From positions 343 to 64,342 of IMG/VR virus record IMGVR_UViG_2835052945_000005: a DNA stretch of 64,000 nt. The stretch is one strand, 5' to 3'. Shown here piece after piece: positions 54,627 through 64,000 of this stretch. Below the pieces are notes generated by a model. That model was not told the origin of the DNA. It searched no databases and worked only from the letters and a program-made list of their open reading frames with translations. Position 1 is the stretch's first letter; the number at the start of each line of letters is the position of its first letter. The position numbers and the translations under genes were made by a program. The stretch comes from a virus (taxonomy: Duplodnaviria > Caudoviricetes).

Positions 54627-56587
54627 GCACGACATACTTTGCATTATTGACAAACATTGGCACCGCTAAGTTGGCGAATGCCGCTGCGCTGGGGACTCAA
54701 TTAAGTATTACTGAAATGGCGGTAGGTGATGGTGGCGGTGTATTGCCTACACCAGCCCCGACGCAAACCGCACTGATCAATGAAACACGGCGCGCACCGC
54801 TTAATATGTTGAGCATTGACCCAGACAACGCCAGCCAGATTATTGCCGAGCAAGTCATACCTGAATCGGTGGGCGGATGGTGGATACGTGAAATCGGGCT
54901 GTATGACGATGACGGTGATTTGGTTGCTATCGCCAACTGCCCGGAAACCTACAAACCACGTTTACAGGAAGGTTCCGGGCGTGTTCAGACCGTGCGCATG
55001 ATTTTGATTGTCAGTAATACGGAGGCCGTGACGCTAAAAATTGATCCCTCTGTTGTATTGGCAACCAGAAGTTATGTTGATTCGGCTTTGTTGGAGGTCG
55101 GCGCGGAATTAAAAGATTTTGTAAAAGTTAGTGATTTTTCGCAATATGGCGGTATTGCATCAATTCGGGATGTGGGCCGCGCTTCCGGGGCGTCGGTCGC
55201 TTTATTTCCTCGCCTGATGAATAAGTTGTCTGCATATAGACATGGCAATCAAGCCTATCAGAAAGTATTTAATTTTGTGGGGTTCGGTTCATCTGTCGGA
55301 GTGGGGGCTACACTGCCAGATCCAACAAGTCAGGCACCAGTTGCAAGATTCTTTGAGTATTTTAATTCATACTTAAATAGTGCCAGAATTTATCCTTTAC
55401 AGTTTAAGAATTATTCTGTTAATGGATCTTTTATTTCAGGATTTACTACGCCATTTAACCAGTCAATTCAGGATGGGAGTTCTCCTGATTTAGCTTTATT
55501 TATTTATGGCATGAATGATTTTGCGCCAGCAGGATATAATGCGGGCCAAACTTTTGGCGGAGCGAATGGCTTTTCTAAAAGACTGGAGGACGCGATAATA
55601 AAAGTTCAGGCTGCCGGTGGGGATGTTGTCCTTGTGACCACGCCGCACCCTCACTCTGGGAGAATGGATCACTCGCTTCCACCTAGTGTAGACATGTTGT
55701 GGCCGTCACATGCTTCAGCTCCAGTAGCCGATGAAAATGTTATACCACCAGTATCGGATGCTATAAAAACAATTAACTGGAATGGAGTAGACATACAAGC
55801 TGACCATCGATTTCTTCGGGGAAATGACGCAATCAGGAAAACCGCTGTAAAAATGAAGGTGTTACTTATTGATGCGGAAAAATACTGGTTTGATGCAGTG
55901 TCAAAATATGGCGAAGATGCTTTATTTGATATTGGACAAATAAATCACCCTAATGAATTGGGGCATGAGAATTCGTTCTGTGCCGCGTTTATTGATTTTT
56001 TCAAGAGTACTGTTGATTGTGGATGGACGCCGCCAAATGCCAGCAGTGATGCACTGCTTGATGTTGGCGGCGGCGGAGTATATCCAAATCCAACTGGTGG
56101 AGATATATCGTTGATGGCTTCAGGCGTGAGGGAAAATGCACTTGTTGAATATGATAAATATGGCAGGCCCTTAAGAAAGGTTTCTCATGAAGGGGTTGTA
56201 TCAACGTACTTCTATACATCAAAGGATCCAGCATCTGGATCAGCGGGATATACATCGAGAATGGATGAACAGTTGATTCGTTCTGGTGTACAAAATGAAG
56301 GAGAGGTGATTGATTTTGTTATACCTCATCGTGCAGCAGTAGATATAATAATTGATGTTTTTACGCCGAATACTGATTTAGTGGTTCAAACATCAAAGAT
56401 TCTGGCTAATAACAGAAATGGCAAGGTGATATTCAGTACTTATGCAGAAAATATCACAAGCGCAAGCGGGACTCTGTTTACGTTAAGTGCCGTTGATAAT
56501 ACAGAGGATGTTAACGCTGCAGCTCTAAGAATGGAAGTTAAGATTAATAATTCAGTATATCGGGCTGCTATGAGAACGTTGTTTTAA
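54623..56587 (+). CDS. H: Tail fibre H: P2-type anchor fused to SGNH/GDSL-hydrolase domain
   Basis: N-terminal P2 anchor (LTNIGTAKLA...GWWIREIGL...DPSVVLATRSYVD); SGNH blocks GFGSS, VNGS, GMND, INHP. Confidence 0.82.
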   Translation: MSTTYFALLTNIGTAKLANAAALGTQLSITEMAVGDGGGVLPTPAPTQTALINETRRAPLNMLSIDPDNASQIIAEQVIPESVGGWWIREIGLYDDDGDLVAIANCPETYKPRLQEGSGRVQTVRMILIVSNTEAVTLKIDPSVVLATRSYVDSALLEVGAELKDFVKVSDFSQYGGIASIRDVGRASGASVALFPRLMNKLSAYRHGNQAYQKVFNFVGFGSSVGVGATLPDPTSQAPVARFFEYFNSYLNSARIYPLQFKNYSVNGSFISGFTTPFNQSIQDGSSPDLALFIYGMNDFAPAGYNAGQTFGGANGFSKRLEDAIIKVQAAGGDVVLVTTPHPHSGRMDHSLPPSVDMLWPSHASAPVADENVIPPVSDAIKTINWNGVDIQADHRFLRGNDAIRKTAVKMKVLLIDAEKYWFDAVSKYGEDALFDIGQINHPNELGHENSFCAAFIDFFKSTVDCGWTPPNASSDALLDVGGGGVYPNPTGGDISLMASGVRENALVEYDKYGRPLRKVSHEGVVSTYFYTSKDPASGSAGYTSRMDEQLIRSGVQNEGEVIDFVIPHRAAVDIIIDVFTPNTDLVVQTSKILANNRNGKVIFSTYAENITSASGTLFTLSAVDNTEDVNAAALRMEVKINNSVYRAAMRTLF

Positions 56588-56659
56588 AGCCAGCGGTTTT
56601 AGCCAGAATAATAAATAACTTTAACTATTATCAATGTCGGTAGTAATACAACAGTGTAT

Positions 56660-56685
56660 TGCAGCACAGTTACGACTGTGCTGCA
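56660..56685. terminator. Perfect 11-bp hairpin between convergent H and U
   Basis: TGCAGCACAGT-TACG-ACTGTGCTGCA. Confidence 0.7.
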
Positions 56686-56691
56686 GACACA

Positions 56692-57183
56692 TCATGAAAG
56701 TAATCCCCCAACCGAAGCGTTAACCGCATTATACGCCTCCATTGCGCCACTGCGGATATTGGTCAGCATGTCGCGGAATGACGATGATTGCAGCCGTTCG
56801 CGATAATCTTCGTCAACCCGTTGCAGGCTAATGGAAAACTCTATTTTTTTCGCATTGCCGTACCGGTCAAACTCCGCGCCGGTACGCTGCAAGCCGGTTA
56901 AAACATACATCCCGTAGATCTTTCCGCTCCCTTCAATCAGCGGCCAGGGGCGCCCCATATATCCCATCGTCGTTAACGCGGAGAGCGAGAGATTACCGCC
57001 GGTGATTTCCGGGTAGAGAACGCCGTCAAGGGTGATTTGAGACTCGCCCGCGCCGATATACTGCCAGCTTGCCGAGCGGTTAACACGATCGTTCTTGACG
57101 TGGCGCCACTGCTGAGACTGCCGCAACTGCTGATAAGGTACGGTTTTGAGGGCAAAAACAAACATACCGAATACCATCATCAT
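56692..57183 (-). CDS. U: Tail protein U
   Basis: MVFGMFVF...ITLDGVLYPEITGG...KIEFSISL. Confidence 0.92.
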   Translation of the reverse strand: MMMVFGMFVFALKTVPYQQLRQSQQWRHVKNDRVNRSASWQYIGAGESQITLDGVLYPEITGGNLSLSALTTMGYMGRPWPLIEGSGKIYGMYVLTGLQRTGAEFDRYGNAKKIEFSISLQRVDEDYRERLQSSSFRDMLTNIRSGAMEAYNAVNASVGGLLS

Positions 57184-57195
57184 AATATTTTCTCC

Positions 57196-60141
57196 TTAAT
57201 CTGCATCACGAAATGAGCCGCGCTGATTGCGTTCTCTTTCGTTGAGGATTTGCCTTATTTTCTGTTCAACAAGCTGCGCCAGTTCGCGTGGATCTTGTTT
57301 GCCAACATCGTTAAATACCAGGCTGAACGATGGCGCCGCGCTGGGTGATGCAGACACAGGCACGGTTTGGGCCTGCCGAATAGGTTGCGTGGTAATGTCC
57401 TGCATCTGCTGAGAAACAACGCGCGGGACTTTCTGCGCAGCGACACGTGTTTCCTGCCAGGCGCCTTGCACGGCAAAAGCGCGGGGCAGGTTTTTAAAAA
57501 CGATATCCCCCGGCCCTATCCGTTTTTTGGTTTCATCCAGTAATCCGCTGGTATTGTCAGAGATTTTCTGTAGTCGCCGCTGGGTGCCTGTTTCCCCTGT
57601 CAATGGCTGCGGCGGGGTTGTAATCACAGGAGGATTGCTGCTGGCACTTTTGGGCGACCAATCCCATCCCTTTTTAACCATCTTCCCTTGTTTTTCGTCC
57701 CATTCCCACATGACGGGATCTTTCTTGAGGCTTTCAGCTTTAAGGCGCGCAGCTTCCAGCCCGGAAGGGATAAGATCGAGTTTTTCCAGTACCCAGCCGA
57801 TACCCTCCATCAGTTTTTGCAGTGGCCAGAGAAGCACATTAAGCGCCGTGCCCAGCACGCGCCCGAAAGTTTCCCCGGCGCTGGTGCATTTTTCCAGTGA
57901 TTCGCGGGAAGACTCTATCGGGGTAAAGAGTTGCTTAAACCAATCCCAGACGCGGGAAACGGCTGCGCCTATGGCATCAAAAACAGGTGATAGAGAAGCG
58001 AAAGTGTCGCGGAGTGGTTGCAGCGCCTGCATCACCCCAGAAAAAAAGCCGCTTAAGAATGCACTGATAGAATCCCAATACTTCCAAATCAGCACACCAG
58101 CCGCAACAAAGGCCGCGCCAATCAGACCAATGGGGCTAAGTAGCAATGATAATGCCCCACCCAGAACAGATACCGCGCCACTAATCAGCCCCCACAATGC
58201 AGGCAGGCCGGTGAGTCTTAGCAGTAACAGACCAATGCCTTTCGCCAGGGAGACGAGCGACGATAACGGCGAGGTAAATACAGCAAGCAACATGCCGCGC
58301 AACGGCATGAGTAATCCCGGCAGACGGCCAAATCCTGCGGCCAGCGACTTCATAACCTGCGACCAGCCGCCGATCCTCGTCATAGAACTGCCCGCCACGC
58401 CGCCGAGCGTGCGGAACATGGCGATCGTACCGCCGATGCCTCGCCCGCCAGTCAACAGAGTGAAACCAAGTTGCAGTTTAGCCAATGGCCCCATCAGTAT
58501 CCCTATAGCAAGGGAGGTCACGCCAATTGCGGCAGTAAGAGCCAGGGCGCCGCCGCCAACAAGTAGCAACGTTTGCGTAAGTTCGGGATTTCCTTTAGTC
58601 CATTCCATTATGCTATTGATGACGCTACTGAGGCTTTGTGTGAGTAGGCGCAATGGACCGTCGATAGTCTCTTCAATCTGTATGCGAAACCCTTCCCATG
58701 CGCTATCCAGTTCTTTCAGATCACCGCTAAGGTTGTCGGCCATTGTTTCAGCAGCGGCCGCTGCTTCACCGCTGGCGTTTTTCAATTCGCTGGCAAGTTT
58801 TCCTAATGCGCCACTGCCCGCCGCCTGGACTAACGTTTGCAGGCCGACGAATGCCTCTTCCCCCGCAATATCTTTAAAGAACGATACCTGATCGACGTCT
58901 CCGTATTTTTTTGTGGCTTTATACAAATCACCCAATACATCCTGCATTGGGCGCATTTTGCCCTGAGCGTCTGCGACAGATACGCCAAGCTCTTTCAACG
59001 CGTTAGCGGCTGCTTTGGGGGGTGATGCCAAACGGGAAAGGCTGGCGCGCATTGCTGTACCTGCATCGCTGCCCCGAATGCCATTATTAGCCAGCATACC
59101 GGCCATTGCCGCCGCATCTTCAAGGCTGATACCTAGCTTGGATGCAACAGGCCCGGCATACTTCATCGTATCGCCCAGGTTGCGTAAATCCGTGTTGGTA
59201 CGGGTGAATGCGGCAGTCAGTGTGTCACTGACGCGATCCATTTGACTGGCATCCAGCGCAAACTGAGAGAGAATGTTAGAACCAATATCAGCGGATTCGC
59301 CCAGATCCATACCGCCAGCCAGCGCCATATTAAGAACGCCGGGTAAGGCGTCTTGAATAGATTGCGGCGTAAAGCCCGCCATTGCTAAAAACGCCTGGCC
59401 GCTGGCGGCGTCGCGCGTGCTAAATGCTGTCTCAGCGCCAAGTTTCTTCGCCTTAGCGCGCAATGCGCCCATTTGCTGATCACCTTTATCCAGCCGGGTT
59501 AGCGCCTGAACGCGTGACATTTCCTCATCAAAACCCACAGCAGGCGCCAGAAAGCGCCCTCCGGCATACCCTGCGCCAGCCGCGCCCAATGCGGCGCCAG
59601 TGCCTGAACTACGTAAATTGCCTGCGGTCTGCTGCATCTTGTCATAACGGGCGCGCGCCTGAGTGACAGCGGCGAGTTGCCGCCGCTCTCGTTCAAGTGA
59701 TTGGCTGTATTGTTCTGTGCGCCGGATGGCGCTCTGGATCGCGCCGCTGCCGCTGGTCAGCGTGATCCCGTGCTGGCGCAATGCCTGCGCACCTTCCCGG
59801 AGTTTGGCGGTCTGTGCGCCGTAGGCAGTGGTCAGCGTGGTGATCTTTGTTCTCAGACCGTCGAGTTTGGCCCGCTGCGCCTCTGATAATGTGCCAGTTT
59901 CTTTCAGCCGCTGGCTTAACCCCGCCGCTTCGCGCTGCGCCCGGTTCAGTTTTTGTGCGGTGTCATTAGTGCTGTTGCGCAGCTTCTGAAAAGAGGTGCT
60001 TTGGGATTCCAGGCTTTTGATCGCGGCCTGCGTTTTTTTGATAGATTCAGAAAGACCGCCCGCGCTATTCCGGGCGGCATTGACGGGGCGGGTAAATTTA
60101 TCGATGGCGCTGAATGCGACACGGATATCAAGGCTCTTCAT
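57196..60141 (-). CDS. T: Tape measure protein
   Basis: FDEEMSRVQAL...NGIRGSDAGTA...DNLSGDLK; start trimmed to ATG 60141. Confidence 0.92.
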   Translation of the reverse strand: MKSLDIRVAFSAIDKFTRPVNAARNSAGGLSESIKKTQAAIKSLESQSTSFQKLRNSTNDTAQKLNRAQREAAGLSQRLKETGTLSEAQRAKLDGLRTKITTLTTAYGAQTAKLREGAQALRQHGITLTSGSGAIQSAIRRTEQYSQSLERERRQLAAVTQARARYDKMQQTAGNLRSSGTGAALGAAGAGYAGGRFLAPAVGFDEEMSRVQALTRLDKGDQQMGALRAKAKKLGAETAFSTRDAASGQAFLAMAGFTPQSIQDALPGVLNMALAGGMDLGESADIGSNILSQFALDASQMDRVSDTLTAAFTRTNTDLRNLGDTMKYAGPVASKLGISLEDAAAMAGMLANNGIRGSDAGTAMRASLSRLASPPKAAANALKELGVSVADAQGKMRPMQDVLGDLYKATKKYGDVDQVSFFKDIAGEEAFVGLQTLVQAAGSGALGKLASELKNASGEAAAAAETMADNLSGDLKELDSAWEGFRIQIEETIDGPLRLLTQSLSSVINSIMEWTKGNPELTQTLLLVGGGALALTAAIGVTSLAIGILMGPLAKLQLGFTLLTGGRGIGGTIAMFRTLGGVAGSSMTRIGGWSQVMKSLAAGFGRLPGLLMPLRGMLLAVFTSPLSSLVSLAKGIGLLLLRLTGLPALWGLISGAVSVLGGALSLLLSPIGLIGAAFVAAGVLIWKYWDSISAFLSGFFSGVMQALQPLRDTFASLSPVFDAIGAAVSRVWDWFKQLFTPIESSRESLEKCTSAGETFGRVLGTALNVLLWPLQKLMEGIGWVLEKLDLIPSGLEAARLKAESLKKDPVMWEWDEKQGKMVKKGWDWSPKSASSNPPVITTPPQPLTGETGTQRRLQKISDNTSGLLDETKKRIGPGDIVFKNLPRAFAVQGAWQETRVAAQKVPRVVSQQMQDITTQPIRQAQTVPVSASPSAAPSFSLVFNDVGKQDPRELAQLVEQKIRQILNERERNQRGSFRDAD

Positions 60142-60597
60142 CCTTATTGGCTCCACTTCTGATAGCCGCCCGCTCACGCCAGGCTATCAGGTCGCAAAGC
60201 TCCATGACGTACATTTCCGAGAGCGGCCAATGAAAAATCGTGGCGATATCTGCGATCAGATCCTCCACGCTGTCAAATAGCAGAACGGTTACAGGTTCTC
60301 CGTCGCCGCCTCGCTCTGTTCGGTAGGCGCCTGCGGAGCCAAAAAAGGTACTAACACCTCATTCAGCCGCACAAAGTCGGCAGTCGAAAGGCTGGCGATT
60401 TCGGGCAGGGTCAACGCTGGCGACGTGATACGGGTCAGCAGTGTTGATACGGCGTCAAAGTCCAGGTTAATGACGTCACCCAGCCGCAACCCGCGCAGCG
60501 ATCCGGCCTGCTTAATTGCCGGGGTGATTTCAATCTGCGTAATTTCGCTACCCTTGCGCTTGATGGGTGCCGAAAGCGTGATTTTGCTTACAGTCAT
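60128..60597 (-). CDS. E: Tail chaperone E (60597-60289) and E+E' -1 frameshift product ending at 60128
   Basis: P2 slippery heptamer T TTT TTG at 60346-60340; -1 frame reads ...VEDLIADIATIFHWP...WRERAAIRSG. Confidence 0.88.
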
Positions 60598-60724
60598 GTT
60601 TTTTTATCTCCGGGCGGCGAATGCCACCGTTTAAATATTGAGAGTTGGCCGGAATAGTCAGTCATAACTATGTTTGCCGGTGTCGCCATGCCACGGCCCG
60701 ACAGCATGGCGACAGTGCTATGGG

Positions 60725-61240
60725 TTAACCGCCCAGCCCCAGCGCGGAGCGAACTCGATCAGGGTATAGGCTTTGACCGTTTCGCTTGTAAATGAAATTG
60801 AGTAAATCAAATTCAAGTAATGGCTGATCATCAATAGACAGCTTGTAATACGTGTTTTTGATGGCGTAAGTGTGATTGGTGTCATCACCCTGTTTGGATT
60901 CGCCGGGGTCGATTTCCGTGATCCGTCCGCGCATCTCAACTTCAACGATGGAACTCGTGCCGCCGGTGTAATACTCACCGACAAAGCGCAATTTCAGTTC
61001 GTCAATGTCGCCGCCATATTTCAGGATCAGTTGTTCCTCAAAGCCGCCGACCTGCATTGACGCATCGAGCGCGCCGGAGTCCAGACCGAGATCGACAGCA
61101 ACGGCGCCAATCATTCCGCCGCCCTGAAAATCTTCCGTTTTACGGGTGATTTTAGGTAGCGTTACGCTGGGGATCTTCCCGATATGGTTATCGCCGTCCA
61201 CGTAGCACGTAAACAGGCGGAGCTTTTTAGGTACGGCCAT
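60725..61240 (-). CDS. FII: Tail tube protein
   Basis: MAVPKKLR...TLPKITRKTEDFQGGGM. Confidence 0.92.
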   Translation of the reverse strand: MAVPKKLRLFTCYVDGDNHIGKIPSVTLPKITRKTEDFQGGGMIGAVAVDLGLDSGALDASMQVGGFEEQLILKYGGDIDELKLRFVGEYYTGGTSSIVEVEMRGRITEIDPGESKQGDDTNHTYAIKNTYYKLSIDDQPLLEFDLLNFIYKRNGQSLYPDRVRSALGLGG

Positions 61241-62425
61241 TTACGCGCCCCCCAATGAAGAAAAAGCGGTTTCAAAATACTGATCGGTGAACGTCTGGTA
61301 GAGACTCAGATCTTCCAGCGGCGGGACAGGCGTATAGTTGTAACGCACAATGCACTTGCCCTGGCGTAACCCGGTCGTCGGGTTGTCCTCGATATCGAAC
61401 CAGCAGGCCGCGCCGATCAGTTTCCCGGCGGTCACCAGCGCCTGTAATTTGGCGTCAATGCCGCTGACCACGTCCTTGACGTTACCTGGCGTCATGGGTT
61501 TATCGACAGTGGTAAATTGCGCCTCTGCGATACTGTCAGCCAGTATCTGCGCGGTGCGGGTGTACACCTCAAAGATGTATTCTTTATCGGGATCAGTGGT
61601 ACGGTTGCCCCAGAATCGGAACCCGTCGCGCTTAATCAGCGTGGTGATCTCGTTGGCATTGAGTTCGTTGGCGTCGCTGTCTTCCGCCTGTAACGCCCAA
61701 AACACATCTTTGGCAATCCCCAGCACATTGTTAACAGCAACGTTAGACAAGGATTTGTGCCAACCCTGCGTGTTATCGATCAGCGCCCGCAGACCGCAGG
61801 CATAGGCTGTAGCCGGGAATTCTTCGTTTTGCCCGGTCAACGGGTTGTACGTGATGAAGTTGGGCCAGATTGTCATCACTTCGCGATAGTTCAGCGTGGT
61901 GCGGTATGCCTTCGCTTCCGCAATGGTTTCGCAGCCGTGACAGTGCGCGTAAACGAATGCCCGCAGCTTCTGCGCGATAACACAAAGTTGTGTAGCCACT
62001 TCAATCGCGTCGTAGTCGGGAATGGCCAGAATGCGCGGACGATAGCCGGTTTTCTGTTCTGCCGTTAAAAACGCATACATTCCGGTATAGCTACCATCGG
62101 CAGCAGTGCCGCCAATCATAAGCTGTGATTGCGTCGGATTGTCTTCCCCTTCAACAGCCTGGGCCACTCGCACCACAATGACTTTAGGGCTGCACTGGTC
62201 AGAAATCGCCTTCAGGCTTTTGTAAAGCGATCCGGTCATGCCGGCCTTACCCAACACATTATTAACGCGGGTGATAAGTACGGGAGTATTTAACGGAAAC
62301 GTATCCGGGTCTGCATCGTCCGCAACTGCCACGATGCCAATGACCGTCGAGTCAATGTCATTGATGGCTGTTACCAGATCGGTGTTTTCCCGGACGCGAA
62401 CGCCGTGGAAAAAATTGTCGGTCAT
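61241..62425 (-). CDS. FI: Tail sheath protein
   Basis: FFHGVRV...FPLNTPVL...GFRFWGNRT...YNYTPVPPLEDL; start trimmed to ATG 62425. Confidence 0.93.
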   Translation of the reverse strand: MTDNFFHGVRVRENTDLVTAINDIDSTVIGIVAVADDADPDTFPLNTPVLITRVNNVLGKAGMTGSLYKSLKAISDQCSPKVIVVRVAQAVEGEDNPTQSQLMIGGTAADGSYTGMYAFLTAEQKTGYRPRILAIPDYDAIEVATQLCVIAQKLRAFVYAHCHGCETIAEAKAYRTTLNYREVMTIWPNFITYNPLTGQNEEFPATAYACGLRALIDNTQGWHKSLSNVAVNNVLGIAKDVFWALQAEDSDANELNANEITTLIKRDGFRFWGNRTTDPDKEYIFEVYTRTAQILADSIAEAQFTTVDKPMTPGNVKDVVSGIDAKLQALVTAGKLIGAACWFDIEDNPTTGLRQGKCIVRYNYTPVPPLEDLSLYQTFTDQYFETAFSSLGGA

Positions 62426-62496
62426 GTCTTGCCGCCTCGTCAGTGAGTTCATCGTGATATTCGCCGAAAACAACAGACCAGACACGCGCTTAGGGT

Positions 62497-62514
62497 TGTT
62501 ACAGGCAGGCGACA
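62497..62514. promoter_or_regulatory. Ogr-type activator site in FI/D divergent region
   Basis: TGT-N12-ACA (TTGTTACAGGCAGGCGACAA); flanks GGTTGT...ACAACAA shared with the P/O site. Confidence 0.7.
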
Positions 62515-62572
62515 ACAAACGGCTGTTTGTCGTTTCGCGCGCGCATGAAACTATCAGCGCCGGGGGTGTGAA

Positions 62573-63715
62573 ATGGTATTGAGCAACTTGACGGATATTC
62601 AGCAAATGCTGAGTTCAGGGCTTTCCGATATTGATAATGCGTCAACGGAAGTGGTTAAAGTTCCCGGCTTTAACATCACGATGGGCGGTAAAACACTTGC
62701 ATTACTGGATGAACGTCTGATTTCGCTTTCAATGACAGATAACCGGGGCTTTGATGCCGATCAGTTAACAATTTCCGTTGATGATGCGGACGGACGTATT
62801 GACCTGCCGCCGCGCGGCGCGGAATTATCCGTATCTCTGGGATGGAAAGGGGAAGCACTGGTTCACAAAGGCATTTTTGTTGTTGATGAGGTCGCCCATT
62901 CAGGGCCACCGGACGCCATCGAGATCACCGCCCGTAGCGCCGATTTTCGCGACGAATTTAACGTCAAGCGCGAAGTTTCATGGCATGACGTAACGGTTGA
63001 GCGTGTGGTATCGGCAATCGCCCATCGATACAGCCTAAAGCCCTTAATCAGTGCGCAACTGATGGGTCTGGAAATTGACCACGCAGATCAAACCCAAGAA
63101 AGCGATATGTCGTTTTTAACCCGCATGGCGGAAATGCTGGGCGCTATCGCCACGGTTAAAAATGGTTGTCTGCTGTTTATCCTGCCCGGTGGCGGCGTCA
63201 GTGCATCTGGTAAGCCATTGCCAGCGGCTGAAATCACCCGTTCCAGCGGCGACAGGCACAGCTTCCGTATTGCAGATCGTGATGCCTATACCGGCGTGCG
63301 CGCGTACTGGCTGGATCTGAACTTCGGGAAAAAGAAAAAGGTCAGCGTAAAAAAAAGAACACCCCAAAAGAAACAGGAAAAAAGCAGCAGCCGCGAAGGT
63401 GATTATATGGAAGGTGAAGACGGGAATGTCTACGTGCTGCGCAAAACCTATCAGAATGAGACGGCGGCGAAGCGTGCGGCGGCGGCGAAATGGCAACAAC
63501 TCCAACGCGGCGCGGCGCAATTCTCGATCACCCTGGCGCGAGGCCGTGCTGACCTTTACCCGGAAGTGCCGGTTTCAGTCAGTGGGTTTAAATCAGATAT
63601 TGATAAACAGGAATGGATAATATCGCGTATAGAACATGTCTTTGATGGGAGTGGTTTTACTTCCCGTCTGGAACTGGAGGCAAAGATTGCTGACTGGATA
63701 GCAGAAAGTGACTAA
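62573..63715 (+). CDS. D: Baseplate hub D
   Basis: TDNRGFDADQL...HSGPPD...DQTQESDMSFLTR. Confidence 0.92.
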   Translation: MVLSNLTDIQQMLSSGLSDIDNASTEVVKVPGFNITMGGKTLALLDERLISLSMTDNRGFDADQLTISVDDADGRIDLPPRGAELSVSLGWKGEALVHKGIFVVDEVAHSGPPDAIEITARSADFRDEFNVKREVSWHDVTVERVVSAIAHRYSLKPLISAQLMGLEIDHADQTQESDMSFLTRMAEMLGAIATVKNGCLLFILPGGGVSASGKPLPAAEITRSSGDRHSFRIADRDAYTGVRAYWLDLNFGKKKKVSVKKRTPQKKQEKSSSREGDYMEGEDGNVYVLRKTYQNETAAKRAAAAKWQQLQRGAAQFSITLARGRADLYPEVPVSVSGFKSDIDKQEWIISRIEHVFDGSGFTSRLELEAKIADWIAESD

Positions 63716-63751
63716 AATAAAGACAACTCAAACCCCGCCGGGGAGTCAGTC

Positions 63752-64000
63752 ATGTTTGTTTGCCCTCATTGCGGCGCCACCGCCCGCACACGAACCAGTC
63801 GCCGCCTCAGTGAAATGACGATACGTCAGTATCATCAGTGCCAAAACCTGGAATGCAGTATTACTTTTACCACGCTGAATAGCGTTGAAAGATTGGTGAC
63901 CAAAAGAATTAAATGTGAAGATGTACCGCCTGACTTTATACCAAGTGATGCATTTCCCGCGTCACATTATGGCGACGCACAATTAAATCTAGCGGTGTAA
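63752..64000 (+). CDS. ogr: Late transcription activator Ogr/Delta zinc finger
   Basis: CPHCGATARTRTSR...YHQCQNLECSITF. Confidence 0.92.
   Translation: MFVCPHCGATARTRTSRRLSEMTIRQYHQCQNLECSITFTTLNSVERLVTKRIKCEDVPPDFIPSDAFPASHYGDAQLNLAV

Larger units (their letters stand above)
1..64000. mobile_element. P2-like (Peduoviridae) prophage, interrupted by a transposable prophage; both att ends lie outside the window
   Basis: Canonical P2 gene set recognised by motifs and order: A, Q, P, O, N, M, L, X, lysis genes, R, S, V, W, J, I, H, U, T, E/E', FII, FI, D, ogr, plus cos-like and ori-like sequences. Confidence 0.95.

Noticed and set aside
54623-56690. Invertible tail-fibre cassette or diversity-generating retroelement in either phage
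   Set aside because: No serine invertase, reverse transcriptase, inverted crossover sites or template/variable repeat pair seen
57527-58891. Long plus-strand ORF (454 aa) and similar long shadow ORFs (e.g. 20363-21127, 25664-26488, 19594-20199, 34563-35216)
   Set aside because: Antisense to well-supported genes in GC-rich DNA, with no motifs or RBS; typical shadow frames
1-64000. CRISPR array, tRNA, rRNA, IS element, integrase or att sites
   Set aside because: No repeat-spacer periodicity or RNA-gene signatures seen; the P2 integrase and att sites must lie outside the window

Overview
The window is entirely phage DNA: two nested prophages, probably from an Enterobacterales host (genus cannot be determined from the sequence). 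The outer element is a P2-like (Peduoviridae) prophage. Its left part is the end of the early region (Dam-like and cytosine methyltransferases, start of replication gene A). Its right part holds the rest of A with an intact ori, a methyltransferase plus RelE/Xre toxin-antitoxin cargo, cos, an apparently intact head, lysis, baseplate and contractile-tail gene set, and ogr. The inner element is an apparently complete 37,341-bp transposable (Mu/B3-like) siphoviral prophage at 1916-39256, inserted into gene A with TG...CA ends and a 6-bp target duplication (GGTTAC). Highlights: a divergent Acb2-like (anti-CBASS sponge fold) gene directly behind the major capsid gene; a ner-coupled ORF that copies about 30 residues of the phage's own transposase; a palindromic late-activator site that appears to drive back-to-back promoters; a methyltransferase leader with a coupled uORF and a counter-oriented terminator hairpin (candidate antisense control); palindromic repeats inside a DUF3102-like gene; two cargo lipoproteins; a MuF with a nuclease-fold extension; and a P2 tail fibre carrying an SGNH esterase domain. 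Family assignments are from motif recognition by eye, not database searches. No CRISPR array, rRNA or tRNA was seen.
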